A stretch of DNA of 64,000 bases from Amoeboaphelidium protococcarum X5 (GCA_023515725.1 JALDTO010000206.1:268189-332188), one strand, 5' to 3'. Positions 24,792-39,344 are shown, counted from the stretch's first letter. The notes: generated from the letters alone by a model not told the origin. Program-made: numbers and translations.

Positions 24792-26943
24792 ATGCTTTCT
24801 GTAAGTATTTCTTTATTCTATCTGTAATTATAGAATTCTAATATCTATGTTAAATTGAGACTATATTGAGTGTAGAAAATTAGGAGAAGTATGAGCTATT
24901 AGTTGAAGCAGGATCAGAATAAGCTTACTTTTGGGTATCAGAGCAAGTTGCCCATGCTTCCTGTGCCCACTCTCAAGGACACTGCTGAGAAGTACTTGCG
25001 TTCTATCTAACCTGCCTTCAGATAATAAGGTATTTTTGTTGTTAAATTTTTCGTCATCGTTTTGAGATTGTATGTAATTTTTATATCATGTAGGACCAGA
25101 GGGTGAGAAGAATTATGAATAACATGTCAAGCTGGTGAATGGCTTTTTTAAGGATCCAAAAGTCCTGTAGGCTTAAAAGTAGCTGGAACAGAGAGCCAGT
25201 GATATGGCTAAGCATGGAAAAAGCTGGCTAATCGACTGGTGGAATGACTATGCGTATATGGGCTATAGAGATAGTGTGGTACTGAATGTGTCTTACTTTT
25301 TCTAGTTCAAAGATGATCCTTACAGACGGGATCAGTGTGTTCGCGCAGCTTCCATCATTTAGGAGGCTATGAAGTTTAGATCCATGTTGAATGAGCAGTC
25401 TCTTCACCCTGATACGTCTGGGCGTAAAGGTCATCCACTTGATATGCATCAGTATGCTTTCATGTTCAATGCGTGCAGATAGCCGTATGCCGGGAGTGAT
25501 TAGACTTTATTGTATGATCCTCAGGAGAACAATCATGTTTTGGTTATCAGAAAGGGTAGATTTTACACTCTTAATCCATTTGCTGATCAGAAATAGCTGA
25601 CTGAGCAGGATCTGGCCAAGGCGTTAATGTCTATCAAGAAGGATGCAGATTAGAATGGATTTGATGGATTCCCAGTTGGAGCTCTCACTTCAGAGAATAG
25701 AGATGTATGGACTCGTTATTATCAGCATCTGAAGACTCTATCAGGCAGAAATGAAGATGTTCTTAGATAGATTGAAAGTGCTGCGTTTGTCATTTGTCTC
25801 GATGATGAACCATCTATTGATTCATATCCTGGAGATTCGCCGTAGATTTTATCTGAAGTTGGGCGTGCATTGTGGCATGGTGATGGTAAGAACAGATGGT
25901 ACGACAAGAGCTTGCAGTTCATTGTATTTTAGAATGGAAAAGCTGGGTTCTTGGGTGAGCACTCAATGATGGATGCTACTCCTACGCATAGATTATGTGA
26001 GTATATACTGGATAATGCTTTTAAGAATGGCAAGTAGGAAGCTGCCAAGACTCCGAGTGGTGGGGATTAAGTGCATACGTTGGACGTTAAAGTTGCTCAA
26101 AGATTGCAATTTCATCTTGATGAGTAATTAAAGTGTGGCATCGATAGAGCTGTCGACAGATTTTAGTAAGATATAGCGCGTCATGATCACCATGTGTTGG
26201 CTTATAACAAATTTGGTAAGAACCGAATCAAGCAATTGAAATTATCTCCGGATGCTTTTGTCCAATTATCTATCTAGTTGGCGTATTTTAAGCTATTTGG
26301 AGTGTCTCGTTCCACGTATGAAAGTGCCACAGCTCGTAAATTTGCATGGGGACGTACAGAGACGTGTCGCTCCGTGTCTAATGAATCTCTGCAGTTTGTT
26401 CAGTCAGCAGTTCAAGGTAAGACCGAGGTGAGTGTGAAATAATTGGATCAATTGGGAAGAGCTGCCATTGATCATCATGGCAAGTACATGGCTGACTGTG
26501 TGGAAGGCAGAGGAGTTGATCGTCATTTTCTTGGATTGAAGATGCTATTGTCCGAGATGAAGCATAAGCCTGCATTGCTGGATGATCCTGTATTCAAAGA
26601 CTCTAGCTATTGGTACATTTCTTCGTCTTAGATCACTTCTGAATATTATGATGGCTACGGATGGGGTCAGGTGGTGCCTGAAGGATTTGGAATTGCGTAC
26701 ATGATCAAGAACGATTCTATCCATTATAACATTGCCAGTCTGAAGAAGGGGCCTGGATCTTGGTTAAAGAATAGTGGTACTTCGGGATCCACGGAGAGAA
26801 ATGCTGGAGTAAAGAATGCATGTGCCAAGATGGGTCACTTGCTGTCCGAATCTTTGGATGAGATGAGTATCATTTTCGGCAGTAATCCTTTAGTGCAGCA
26901 CTCCAATGCATCCGGAGAATCCAAGAGTATGAGTAAACTTTGA
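24792..26943 (+). CDS. CAT2: Carnitine O-acetyltransferase; introns 24801-24875 and 25030-25093; second in-frame ATG at 24891
   Basis: LPMLPVPTL, SWLIDWW, NRWYDK, GEHSMMDA, SPDAFVQ, TYESA, GRTE, GVDRH; ends in SKL (PTS1). Confidence 0.93.
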
Positions 26944-27439
26944 ATGGAATAAAGTAATGTCTTTAAAAATTGGAGTTTTGATCACTCAGTGGTGTTATTT
27001 CTGTTAGATTCTTTAATTGTTTATGTGCATTACTTGAAAGAAATTACGTTGATGAATCTATGATTATATTTCTCAATAATTTCCAGAAAGATTAATGCTG
27101 AACGACATTACTAGTATTGTTACTGGAAATCATCTAAATCTTAGTCATCTGTTGCCTTAGTTTCAATCTGATATCATCATACGGGAAAAGTGATTTGATG
27201 TGATTGGGGCCATCTTGATCCAATTATAGATTGGAGTAGGCATGTTAATTTTCCATTGACGCAGCAACGCTATCTGCTATCGATCATTGTGTCTTTTTAT
27301 CATCACAGTACACTTGGATTTATATAAATTTTTGACTCCACACAATCACCTATACAGGATCATAATTTGTTTAAATTAGTGTCTCAAGTACTGTACATCA
27401 TTACTGTATCAACTGATTGATCACTGGGTAGTTTGAATC

Positions 27440-28670
27440 ATGTCATAAGTAATCAGCCCACTGAACAATAATAAAGTGTTGAACAGTGCGGCTCATTACT
27501 GTTACTCTGTGGTGGCTCGCGTTGGTAATAACACTGCTTACGCTGCATGTTAGACAAAGACGACGCTCACCAGTATGGTATAGGTGCTGTCCAACAGCGG
27601 CTCAATCGTAAGGCAGCATACGTGGAAGGCTAATCAACTGTCATCTGGTGCAGACATGCCTTATGGTATTGCAGTAAATCATTAAACTGGTGATATATAC
27701 GTCACTGGTCAGGTTAAGAATAGTATTAATGGCTACGTGTATGTAACACGTCTACTGAATGATGGCTCTGTAGCGTGGACGAAAACTTATGGTACATCTG
27801 CTTTGGATAATATCGGTTGGAATATATAGCTATTTGCATCCAAAAATATAATTACAGTGACCGGATAGACTAAAGATGATCCTTTGAGCTCTTTTAAAGG
27901 TATAGATGGTTAAGTGATGTCTATAAACGCCTCTGATGGTACTCTTTTGAATCGTATCGTCATTGATCTTGGTACTGACGATTAGATTCGATCTTCTGTC
28001 AATTAGGATGATCTTAATTTGGTCGTTACCGGCAGTGTCTTGTAGTCTGGTTAGCGAAAGGGATTCATTGCTAGTTATGCTGTATCATCTTCAGGAAGCT
28101 TCACTTTGCGATGGTAGAGAACATTGTATACCAGTAGCTTGACCGAGTTTAAGACTGTGAAACTTTACCGCGGTTATTTGTATGCTGGTGGAATTTGGAA
28201 AGGTTCATATACAAATGATGTGGCTACGTATTCTACCCTTTCCGGTGATGCCACTCTAGTGGTAAGATATGGTCTGGATGGCACATTGGACCCCAGATTC
28301 TTTGTATATTATAAGCAGTTTCACTGTAAACTCTTTGACATTCACATCGATCTGTCTTCCAATAAAGTTATGAATGTCGGTAGTGTTGATGTTTACTAAG
28401 ATTCTAATTGGGCTGGCAATTTGATGCTGAACGATTTTACGAATTTCAATGGAAACTTCTATTATCATTGGTTTGAACCTGATTTTGCAATGGTATTCAC
28501 ATCGATGACGATGCTTGATGATCGTACCGTGATAATTGTTGGGGCGAGTGATCTGCTCCTGAATGGAAATGCGGTTATATTGGTAAATAAGGACTTGCCA
28601 TTAGCCAAAACATTGGCAGCTCCCTATCAGGCATCATATTTGCCATCTGTTACTACTATGACAACAAAGC

Positions 28671-28731
<61 letters not shown>

Positions 28732-30277
28732 CACAACAACAACAACAACAACGACGACGACGACAACTACTTCAACTACTACAAGTACCACAACGACTAC
28801 AACTACTACTCCGATAACTACATCGACGACAACAAGTACTGCCACTGCTACATCACTACCTACTATAACTGTGACATCGGTCAAACCGTCAAGAACCTCC
28901 TCTACAAGCACGATCGCTCCTAATGTGACTACTCTAGCATCTGTCAGTACATCCTCGTTGCCATCAAGTTAATTGAATTCCTCTGCATCTCCACTGACAA
29001 CAACTCCATTCTCTAGTACAGTACTGAATGCATCATCCGCCTCTGCTTCACTGTCTCTCACCAATGACTCTATGACTATGTCCACTCTGGTTAGCTCAGA
29101 TAACACGGTAAATAGATCATTGCCCAGTACATTATCTACTGGCTAAGCACCTATAACGAGCTCGTAAACTTTATATGGAACTGGAATTTAATTTACTTTT
29201 GTTTCTGATATTATATAAAGCACTATCCAGAGCCAAGACGTACTTACCATTAGTTATCCGGATGTGTAGTCAAATCCGAATCAGTCTCTAAGTATGGTTA
29301 GTGCATACGCGCTGATTGCGACTATTGCATTTATCGCTGTCTTTGTAATAGGAGCTGCTTACTTTGTAACTAAGAGGAGATTGCGCAAAATGGTTAGATA
29401 GGCCAGAGGCTCACCATAGATGAAATACAGTACTACTTCTACCTTGGTTAATAGCGCTACTCATACGGTTCCCTACTCAAGTACAACTATGTAACAGACA
29501 ACGATTTAAGCATCCAATATTATTGCCATCCCAGTGTTTATGCAAGCACAGTATGGAGTAGATTTTAAAACATCCAAGTTGTTGACTAAGGGTGGTATTG
29601 GTTCTATTTACTTTGCAGAGGTGTTGTTGAATTCATCACTTTAATAAAGAGTTCCACCTGTTGTTAAGCTGTTGTTTAAATAAATTGCGCGTAGTACGCG
29701 TATGTTGACTGATAATCAGCGTGCCATATTCTTCTAGGAGTTGAGCATAATGTACAGATTCAGAGATGATCCAAGGTTTGCTTATATCTACGCGTATAGT
29801 GAAGAACCTGCTGGCCTTTTATTGCGATTCTACGAACTGGGCTCTATGAGAAATTACATTCATGGAGAGAGCAAGATGGCCATGTAGTTTAGGTATTCGA
29901 AACGGTAGGTGCTGTATCTGGTGAAGACTCTCTCGCAGGCTTTACTAACGATGCATTCAAGTGGAATAGTCCATCTAGATATTAAACCTGATAACGCCTT
30001 GCTGGACTATGATGCACAGAGTGGGATGATATTCTCGGTACTGACTGATTTTGGACTGTCGAAGATTGTGGATGAGCAGTCTCTTAAAGTCAAGGCTTTC
30101 CACACGGGTAAGATCAAAGGCGCGTCTATTAGTTATGCAGCACCTCAGATTTTGCACTAATTACGCAATACAACTCCTGCTGGGCAAGAAATCGTGTCAT
30201 ACTTTGCAGCTGATGTTTACGCTGTCGCAATAGTTACGATGGAGCTTTTAAAGCGTCGCAATGTCTGGGACAGGTGA
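27440..30277 (+). CDS. Receptor-like protein kinase: beta-propeller-like ectodomain, Thr/Ser stalk, TM, C-terminally truncated kinase
   Basis: PYGIAVN...GDIYVTG repeats, poly-Thr, TM ALIATIAFIAVFVIGAAYFV, KGGIGSIY, HLDIKPDN, DFG, YAAPQ, DVYA; 5' end uncertain. Confidence 0.82.
28673..28810 (+). repeat. Coding ACN trinucleotide repeat (33 consecutive Thr; (ACT)18 core)
   Basis: ACC(ACT)18 ACC(ACA)6(ACG)4 ACA ACT ACT, followed by a Thr-rich tail. Confidence 0.95.
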
Positions 30278-30393
30278 CTTCTATGACTGTAATTGATGAT
30301 GCTTAAAGTTCATTAAAGAAATATTAATGCTGAATCAAAGCTTAAATTAATTATCCTTACAAACTTTGATTCAAATTGAAATTCAATCGATAA

Positions 30394-31477
30394 TCAGAAC
30401 TTGTAAACATTATCCTTGGTGAATCCCAACTTGCCGAGTAAGGAGTTAGGATCAACTTCTCCCTGAGACTTGTCAGGATTCTTATCACCAGACATCACCT
30501 TCATAAAACCAGGCGGTCCACACACCAGAACCATAGAGTCCTTCTCGGAAACCTTTGGCATATTGGCCTTCTTCAACTTCTTCTCATCAATGTACCCCAC
30601 GAATCCCTTCCATCCATCTTCAGCCTTGTCCACAGTGTAGAATAGCTTGAACTGATTCGGGTGCTGCTTTGCCAGCTGATCCAACTCATCCTTGAGCAGA
30701 ATGTCGCGCTATGACTGGTTGGCAAAAATCAGAGTAACCTTAGTCTTATCAGCAGGATTACCAAGAATCTCGCGGATAATCTACAAAGCTGGTGTTAATC
30801 CACTGCCTCCCATCAGGAATCCCAAATGCTTCCACTTGTTCTCCTCGTACTTGATCTTGCCCAGAGGTCCTTTAAAGAGCAGAGTATCACCAGGCTTCAT
30901 AAGGCTCAAATGCTTGGACATGACACCGTTCTCATAAGTCTTCACCACCAGATCGACATGGCCTTTGACGTGACGTTCGCTCACTGGAGTGTATGGACGA
31001 ATAGTTGACTCAATCTTCACCGTACCATCGTCCTTCTTGACTGCACAGTCAGCCTTGACCAAGAGACAGCTGGCCACGTTCAAACCCAAAGTCTACTCCG
31101 GATTATCAAACTTGAATCTGTACAAGTTGGTGTTGTAGTTCACCGGCTCCACCTTCTCCAATGTGAGTGGAGTGAACTCTTTCGGATTGATTGCGTACTG
31201 CTACTATGGCTGCGCATCAGCGGCGGATTAAGATAATAGCTTCTTACCATTGCCACCAAGTGGAGATCTCTTACCGCTGAACAAGTACTTGGTAAACACT
31301 GCACCAACGCCCACCAGCAGAACACCACCCCAGAACCAAGTCTTCTTATAGAACGGAGCATCAACACCACCGCCGCTAGAAGTGGAATTAAAACGCAACT
31401 ACAAAATTCAATACTTACACAATTGATTCCGCTAACTGACATCATCTTACCTATTTAATTGATTACAACTTTGACAT
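30394..31477 (-). CDS. MCR1: Mitochondrial NADH-cytochrome b5 reductase; intron 31399-31450
   Basis: Presequence plus TM, then GLNVASC, IRPYTPVS, GGSGLTP, VCGPPG, KF*. Confidence 0.92.
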
Positions 31478-31751
31478 GCTGACGCGCTAAAGTATGTTGT
31501 TGTATAGCTAGCTAATCAGAGTTTATAAGTAAGCAGTTGATAAAGTCGGCACTAAACAGGATGAGGAAAGGAAGAGCCGTCAAGGAGCGCGCGCGTTCAT
31601 TTGATCAAGCCGATCTGTATGACGATGACGAATAGTAAGGAACTTCTTACATCTTGCCATGTCACTCTATAAGGTAAGCGATTTCGGTGTTAGAATATTA
31701 AAAAGACAAATTATTGAGTATCAAGTAAAGACTATTCCATATTGATTGAAA

Positions 31752-34700
31752 TCATTCTTGAGTTACAACGACAGTGAACGAGTACTCTTAATCACAGCCT
31801 ACCCAGCTATCAGACAGAAGGAGAAGCTGGTACTTGTGCTCACCGCCTTCACTTGGGACTTGGAATTGAAGTTTAGCAATAAAGTCATAGACAAAGTGCA
31901 CGCTCTTAATGGAAACCAACTCATTCGGGCTGCCTTCATTGTGTTTACCAACAATAAGCCACCATCCTTCTTGACGCTCCTTATCCGGATAGTTGATAGT
32001 GAGCACTGGTGGCAAACACTCTTCTTTTTCAAGATCGTCGCCATCATCTTTCACTTATTACATGGCATTTAATTCTTCTTAGTCATTGTCTTCAGAACTG
32101 TTATCGTCTTAATCACGACTGAGATGTACATCAATAGTGACCGTAGATCCCGCGTCAACAGTCACTTGCATGGTCTCCTAACGCTGATTTCCATTTATAG
32201 CAAACTGCGTTTCAATCTAAGGATATCTGTTGGCAGTCTCTGCAATCAACTAAACTTGATCTTCAGAAAGGCCTTCAAATAGTTGCTCTCTTACAGAGTC
32301 ATCCACTTCAGCTAAATCATAAATGGATTCTATGCTGAAATCTGACGCCTTCTATAATCTATTCGCATCAAAGAATGGCAGTTATTTCAAAGGACTATCT
32401 CTGTCAGACCACATTGACTGAATCAGCATTTAACACAGCTCGATTGAAGTTATTACAGAGTCAAGCATCTTCGCAGTGGACAGTACATCAACCAAAGCAT
32501 GCACTAGATTGACCGATAGTGGGAGAATCTTCTGGTCAAGCAACGCTTTCAACTTGTCAGATATCTTCATTCTACTGAAAAAAGCTTAGAGCAGTGTGAA
32601 AATAGCAGTCTTAGTATCATTAAAATTGACTCTACCACGATCATCAGAAGCCAATTTGAACACGCAATGCTCATATAAAGACTTTATCTGCGCTTTATCC
32701 AGCTTTAAACTATTTAACAGAGTAGAGAACTCGGCAGACATTGCCAGCATTTCCAACAATACTTTCAACTTCATCTGGTGACTTGCAGACTGAGAGAACA
32801 TATCGATAGTCAAGTAATCAATTCCATGATAAGAAGCAATTAGGCCAAGACTTTGCGGTACTATCTCCTCTCCATCTTGAGCCAAATCAATACATTACAC
32901 TTCTTGCAGATCTCCTATTACAGTTTCAACAGCCTCTGACAGGAACTCTGAGATATGTGCAGCATCGTTCTTAATCAGATTATAATAGTTTGGATTCTTA
33001 TACAATCTGCGCATCCAGAAGGACAATGACAAGAACTCTACAGCCTCTTGCTAACTTTCAACAGACTTGTTACATATCTCAGCATTTAAGAAGTTATGCA
33101 AACCTTGGACCAGCGTACTCTCAACAGGTAACACTTCTACCACTTCATCACGTAAATTATCGACTGAAGGAGCAAAATTGAAGACGGATTCTTCTTGACA
33201 TCCCAGCCAAGTACCTAAATCTTTAGCATTAGCCACAGGATACCCAGTAGCCACTATAATCATTGCTGACTCTAACTAAAGCTAGATGTATTTCATACGC
33301 ATAATGCACTGCTCCAAGCAATAGCCATCAGAGCTATCCATGATTAAATGAATGTCGGATACCACACAAAGACTCATTTTTTATAGGAATTCTATAGAAT
33401 TCCATCGCCGAGATAAAACTTCAAATGAACTTGCACATGCCAATAGAATATCTGCTTCATTCAGCTTCTCAACGTTGATATCAGAAAATTACTTTTACCA
33501 ATACAGTCTCACATTCAAAAGCTAAGCCAATTTTTGCAGCCTCTAGAAAGACTCTTCAGCACTCTGCTCATTCAGAGATATGACAACAATCTTGCCATCT
33601 ACTGATACTGATTAAGAGCTATCACTGCCCATATCAAGGCTCTTATAGTACATTATTAGAGAAAAATCTTGGATGATACTTGCATTGGATGAAACTGAGG
33701 ACGTGACCAATAAACTTTAATTGAGACCATTTTCCGTAATATGATTTAAAACCACAGATGTGGTGGCATCTAACGACTCAGCGTTGTACTAATCATGGAA
33801 GTACTATTGCAGTTGCTAATTGAGTACAGAGTCCACAGAAACGCAAGGATAATCCTAAGGAATTTCGATAAATCCATCAGCAGGAGGAGGTAAAATGAGA
33901 TTCTTAAATGATAGAGCGATACGGCTCTCTGACTTTATCCAAGCATCAGATACAATGCTAACAAAGTAATTAGGATGTAGGGGCATCAGAACAGGAACGT
34001 GAAAAGATACGGATTGCTGATCATCAATAGCATCTGGATACAAAACAAACTGCTCATAATGTAATACACTAGAACCATCACCATCGACAACGAGTATCCA
34101 GAAGGTCTCACCGCCAGGATTATGAACTTAGTCATTATACCTAAAATTGGCACCAAGTTAAAGCTCAATTTTCAACTTTAACATCGTTATCGGCTGAATA
34201 GAAGCTTGCACATCTAAGCGCGGAATCTGCTGTAAAACATCTTTCAATACTCTACCAGCCTTGGGATTCCTCACCAGCTCCCCCAGTTCTTGAGGATTAA
34301 GCAGCACCAACTTCTACCATGGGAACTCTTTACGCTCCAAACGGCGCAAAATATCTGCATCTACAGCTCTTGGTAACTAACGCAGTGGGGTCATAACGGA
34401 CCACATCCTCCGATGCACCATCTTGCATAGTTCTAGGGCCTGCGAAGTCGCATGTGCCCATTTCTTATGCAGGCAAATCTCAAACAAAGCTCGCATCAGA
34501 CGTCCAGCACTCTGCGTGATATAAACCATATCTGACATTAAAGAAAATTACTCCAGCTTAAGTTGACTGATGTAACATTGCAGTAGAACATTGACTTTTG
34601 CAAGAGGATCTTCAGCTGGCTCCGCAACAGGAATAGGAACTTGTTCGATCAGCCTTGACATCTCCACACGCTCCTCCAGTCGAACGGTGATGAACTTGAA

Positions 34701-37676
34701 CTCCTCGCTCTTTGCAAAAATTCTAAACAACTCCAACATACCACATCTGGCATCCATATGCTTAATGTACGTGACCATAGACTCATGAGCAATGTAGTAA
34801 TAAGATGCAATTCTACCAAGCTCATTCGATGTAATATCACCACCTTGTACATCATAATGCAGTATATGTGACTAGCTGAGAATCATCAACGCCGTATGAA
34901 CCAGCTGAACTCTTTTCTAATCGAGCTGCGGGTCTTCTTCAATCTCCTTCTCAGATATAAAGTAAGTAGATGGTGACTTGCGCATTCTGGTGAATAGATA
35001 TGTATACTCTAACCAATTGATGGCATCATCCCGATTCTTCACAGTCCCGGCGACAATCTCAGCATTCAAAATATCCGGCAACTTGCCGATAAGCTAACTT
35101 TCAATAGGTAATTGTGTATTGAGCAGTGACAAGTAAAACTACAACTCATCTTGAGTAGTTATAATTACACCCTCACCAAACGTGTCATACTGTGGGCGAC
35201 CGGCTCTTCCCAACATTTACAGAACATCCTAAGGTGACAACTCAATCCAATCTCCCTTCTCAGGCGAATATACTTGCGTACCTTTAATAATCACCGTATG
35301 TGCAGGCAGATTGACACCCCATGCCAGTGTAGCTGTACTTACAAGGACTTGTACGTGTCTGTCGGCAAATAAATCTTCAACCAGAGACCTGTCAGACCGG
35401 CTCATTCCGGCATGATGAATGGCAAAGCCATATGGCAACAAATCTGCCAAGTCTATATTCTTACAATTTCCGGCTTCATTTCTCAATATTTCTCTACTCT
35501 GGGACTGAGAGTGAATAAATGCTCCGCTCTGATTCTTCTCCACTGCCCGATCTCTCAAAAACTTGGCAGTCTTGGCCGTATCTGAGCGTGAATGAACAAA
35601 TACAATCATCTAGTTCTTACCAGCTTCGGCGATGACCTTGTCATAGACTATCTAGTTCATAATGCGATGCCTCTTTAACGGCCGCTTCTCCGTGATTCCA
35701 ATGTAATTCTATTAAAGAGGACATGGTCGATAAGAATTGTCAAAATGGAACAGGCAAACATCTTTATTCACATGCAGAAATTGAGCAACATCTACATAAT
35801 TTGGTAAAGTTGCGGAAAGACCAACAAGACGAACTTTGGATCCAGTAAGTTCCTGCTGCCTCAATGTCCTGGCCACAATGGATTCCAACACGGGACCACG
35901 GGTGTCATGCAGAAGGTGAATTTCGTCAATGATCAATAATCGCACCAGATTGACATAAGACCCGTCATGAACTTTACGCGTGATGACATCCCATTTCTCT
36001 GGAGTTGTCACCAAGATCTAAGTTTCGGCAATCTAGTGTCCAGATAGCTGCTTATCACCAGTCAATTCCGCCACAGATATACCATAAGACTCGCTTAATC
36101 TGCTCCTGAGATTACCAACAACTTCTGCAACTAACGCTTTCATTGGCGCCACGTAGACAATCTTGAACTAGTCAGTATTAAATGATCCATCTTAAGCACT
36201 ACGGTATCTATCCAGAATATTCAAAATGGTTAATACCGCTACATTAGTCTTACCAGCACCGGTGGGAGCACATAGAAGAATATTGTCATCTCCAGATCCA
36301 AATGCCACTGGATAAAGGCGACTTTGCACACGATTAAGAGTTTTCGTGTTCTTAAACGCCGCCCTTGTCCACTCTGGCAAACTGCCGATAGGGACCAATT
36401 GCTCATCTTCAGAGAATGGAGCAGCTTTCATTGCCGGTATCACAATCTCTTCATAATCAGCTTTGGTCTTTTTGTATGATCCCTCAGGTAGCGTAACTTT
36501 ATCATTTGTCATTGTATGCGCACCTTATCTGAACGCCATACCGTGAATATCCAACATCTTTAGTGTGGATGTGCCTCCATTCTCATTCTCCAATTACATG
36601 TCATCAAAATCAGCAAACTAAACATTAAGCCTCTTCGAAATCCAAGATAGACCTTAACGAACCATGTACTCGATTATACCATCTCTCTCACTAACGTCAG
36701 CTTCCGACAACTTGATGGCATAGTAGATCAAATCTTTGTTAGGCGATAGTATTTAAACCAAGTCATGGCACCGATCACCAAGTAGATCAAGTAGACCATC
36801 CTCACATTCATCTTAGTTGAGTTAAAGCAGCTGTAAAATCTGCCGAGACAATCTCTAGCTTTCCACGGCGGAGAATCTACCCATCAACAAAGATTACAAC
36901 CAGCCCGAATTAATAGATTACGCATCGAGATCTAAACCACCCACATTTGCACTATCAACATCTTTCTACTGATCCTCATCTCTTAGCCCAGCTTCTATAA
37001 TGCCTTGAATAGCCAAATCTTCATCGTCATCATTGTCCAACTCCTAAACTTCATTCGTGAACTGCTACTATGATGACTACAAATCAGCAGCATCATCTTC
37101 ATCCACTATATCAATAGCAGCTCCCTCAGAGAACTTTTAATAGTTATCGCCAACTTAAGCAGATTGATCAGCAGATATTAACTATTGCAAAAGATCCAAA
37201 ATTTAAGGCAAATCTTCACTGGATTCAGGACCGATAATATCTAATAGACTCTCTTCTATATTATCTACTGCACCATCGGAATCGCGCACTATATGTATAC
37301 ATTCATTGACAATACTCTGACTAAGGAAAGCGTATTCAGACGCGTGCTTTGACACGATACTTAACAACTTATCGTACGTTGCATGACTCTCTTCAGTAAG
37401 AGGCTAATACGCATACTCATCAGCCAGTTTTAGAGCATCCAATACTGAATCGATCTTTTAACCATTCTTGGTACTAACACGCGCACTTTATTACAAAACC
37501 TTCTTCTATTAAGTGTTATTTTTCTATCCATATGTCTCGTTAGTAGCAGGAGCACCATTTCCCAAAGCTCGATCACCCATCATCTACTTCAGATCAACTC
37601 TACCGTAAAGAGACACAGCCTCTCCGCTCAGCTCTTACTCCTCAGCAGTCTTTTTATTTCCTCTCGGTCTACTCAT
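31752..37676 (-). CDS. BRR2: U5 snRNP helicase Brr2 (1974 aa, intronless)
   Basis: [45 protein letters not shown], two Sec63 units, [10 protein letters not shown]. Confidence 0.96.
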
Positions 37677-38444
37677 TATTACTTTTCAGAATTTGAATAT
37701 TTACTTAAGACTAGCAGTAGACCTACGGTAATAAAAAACACGCGTCGTGGACTTTAATCTCGCAAGAAGACGATGGTGAAGACAGAAAGAAGAGAGGTCG
37801 GCGGTCATGAAACGATTCGCGCGAGCGTTCAGCGTTCAATATGACATGTGATGGTGCTCTTATTGCCTTTCCAAGTAGCTTGACTTTCAGTTATAATAAA
37901 TTATAGTAAATCAGCGCTTAACGGTCCAGTTCAACAAGTGGCTATTTATCACATTAGGTTGTGTGAAGAGGGCGTTCTATCTAAATTACGATATGGTAGG
38001 GAAAAATTGAGTCAAGATTCAGTGTGCTGTCTGATCAAAGAGTGCGAACATGTAACGGAAATCGCCGTTCCAGCCTGCATCTTTGTCAGACATAAAAAGT
38101 GCTATTTCTTGATAAAATTTATACTAGATTTTATTATACATTACAAAATTGCTATACCAAAGAATTGAGACAAAATGCTTTAAATTACAAGCAAACGCCT
38201 CAAACCTTAGGACCTGTGAAAAGATAATGCCTTCTAACACTAAGCATGTTAGCGCGTCCCGCCACCAAAACTAAGGAGTTTTAAATCTCTGTTTCAGCGA
38301 CGATCGGATCGACATTTCCTCGATCGTTCTAGCGCTATTCGACTGTCAGACAGCAACGACACCCGATTTCATTTGGTCAGACTGGTCCACGCCGTACCGA
38401 TATTTCTATTGTGACTTGAAATAGAATATTTAAACGTATCCAAC

Positions 38445-39344
38445 ATGCCCTCAACTGATATTACATCGGCAATGGCAGTACTCTCCATTTCTGATAACGT
38501 AGACGTTACCAAGTTCCTCGCTGAATACAAAACTGATAAGTGCGAGACTGATGGCTGTGCTCTTAAAGAATGCATGCGTTATCACTGTGAGAAGGAGCGC
38601 CGTCGCAATCCATTCAATAGCAATACGTAAAAGCTGATGTACAAATATGACTGTTGCCGTTACCTGGAGAACTGCAGATCTCCGGAATAATGTTTTTATG
38701 CACATACTGAGAATGAAATTCTATACCATCCGAAGCTGTACAAGACTTCACCATGTTATAGGTTTCAACAAGGTGAAGCATGTTGGGAAGGAAACGATAA
38801 ATGCTGTCCGAACTCACATACCATATAAGAGACTGTCTAATAAGCTTTAAAGCTGATTGAAAATATGGATATGCAATAAAAGACAAGCTTGGCGGGTGGC
38901 ATGGCATCGCGTTTATCCAGGGAAGAGCGAGCTTAAATCGCAAACGTTTTTGATGTTAAAGTGCATCATGTAAAAGTATCGTGGGGGTGGGAGGAAGTCG
39001 ATTGGAAGAAAGGCGACAAAACTGAGCTGCTGGAAAGGGTCGGCCAAATCAAAGCGCTTATGAAGGAACTTGGTTTTAAATCCGAGGCTAAGAAATTGAA
39101 GGCTAGTGGTTCTTTTTAAGACTCGATGAGTTCTCTGCGTAAGGTTACTGAGGCGTTTTCCAAATAATATGGAGGCAAAGTGTAAAATCTAGCGTCTCAA
39201 ATAAAATAAAATGTCAACTGGTCGTGTCATTCAAAGGATGGTGACAAAATATTCAAGGTGACCCCGCAAAATCAGACTGAAGCTGTGAATAATTTTGAGG
39301 AATTGGTTAGATTGGTTAAAAGTATGAATAAGGACCCGTTATGA
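38445..39344 (+). CDS. Unkempt-like tandem CCCH zinc-finger protein (299 aa)
   Basis: FLAEYKTDKC...C..YH..ERRRNP...CFYAHTENEILYHPKLYKTSPC. Confidence 0.8.

Noticed and set aside
28627-28911. Poly-Val minus-strand ORF
   Set aside because: Antisense of the poly-Thr tract
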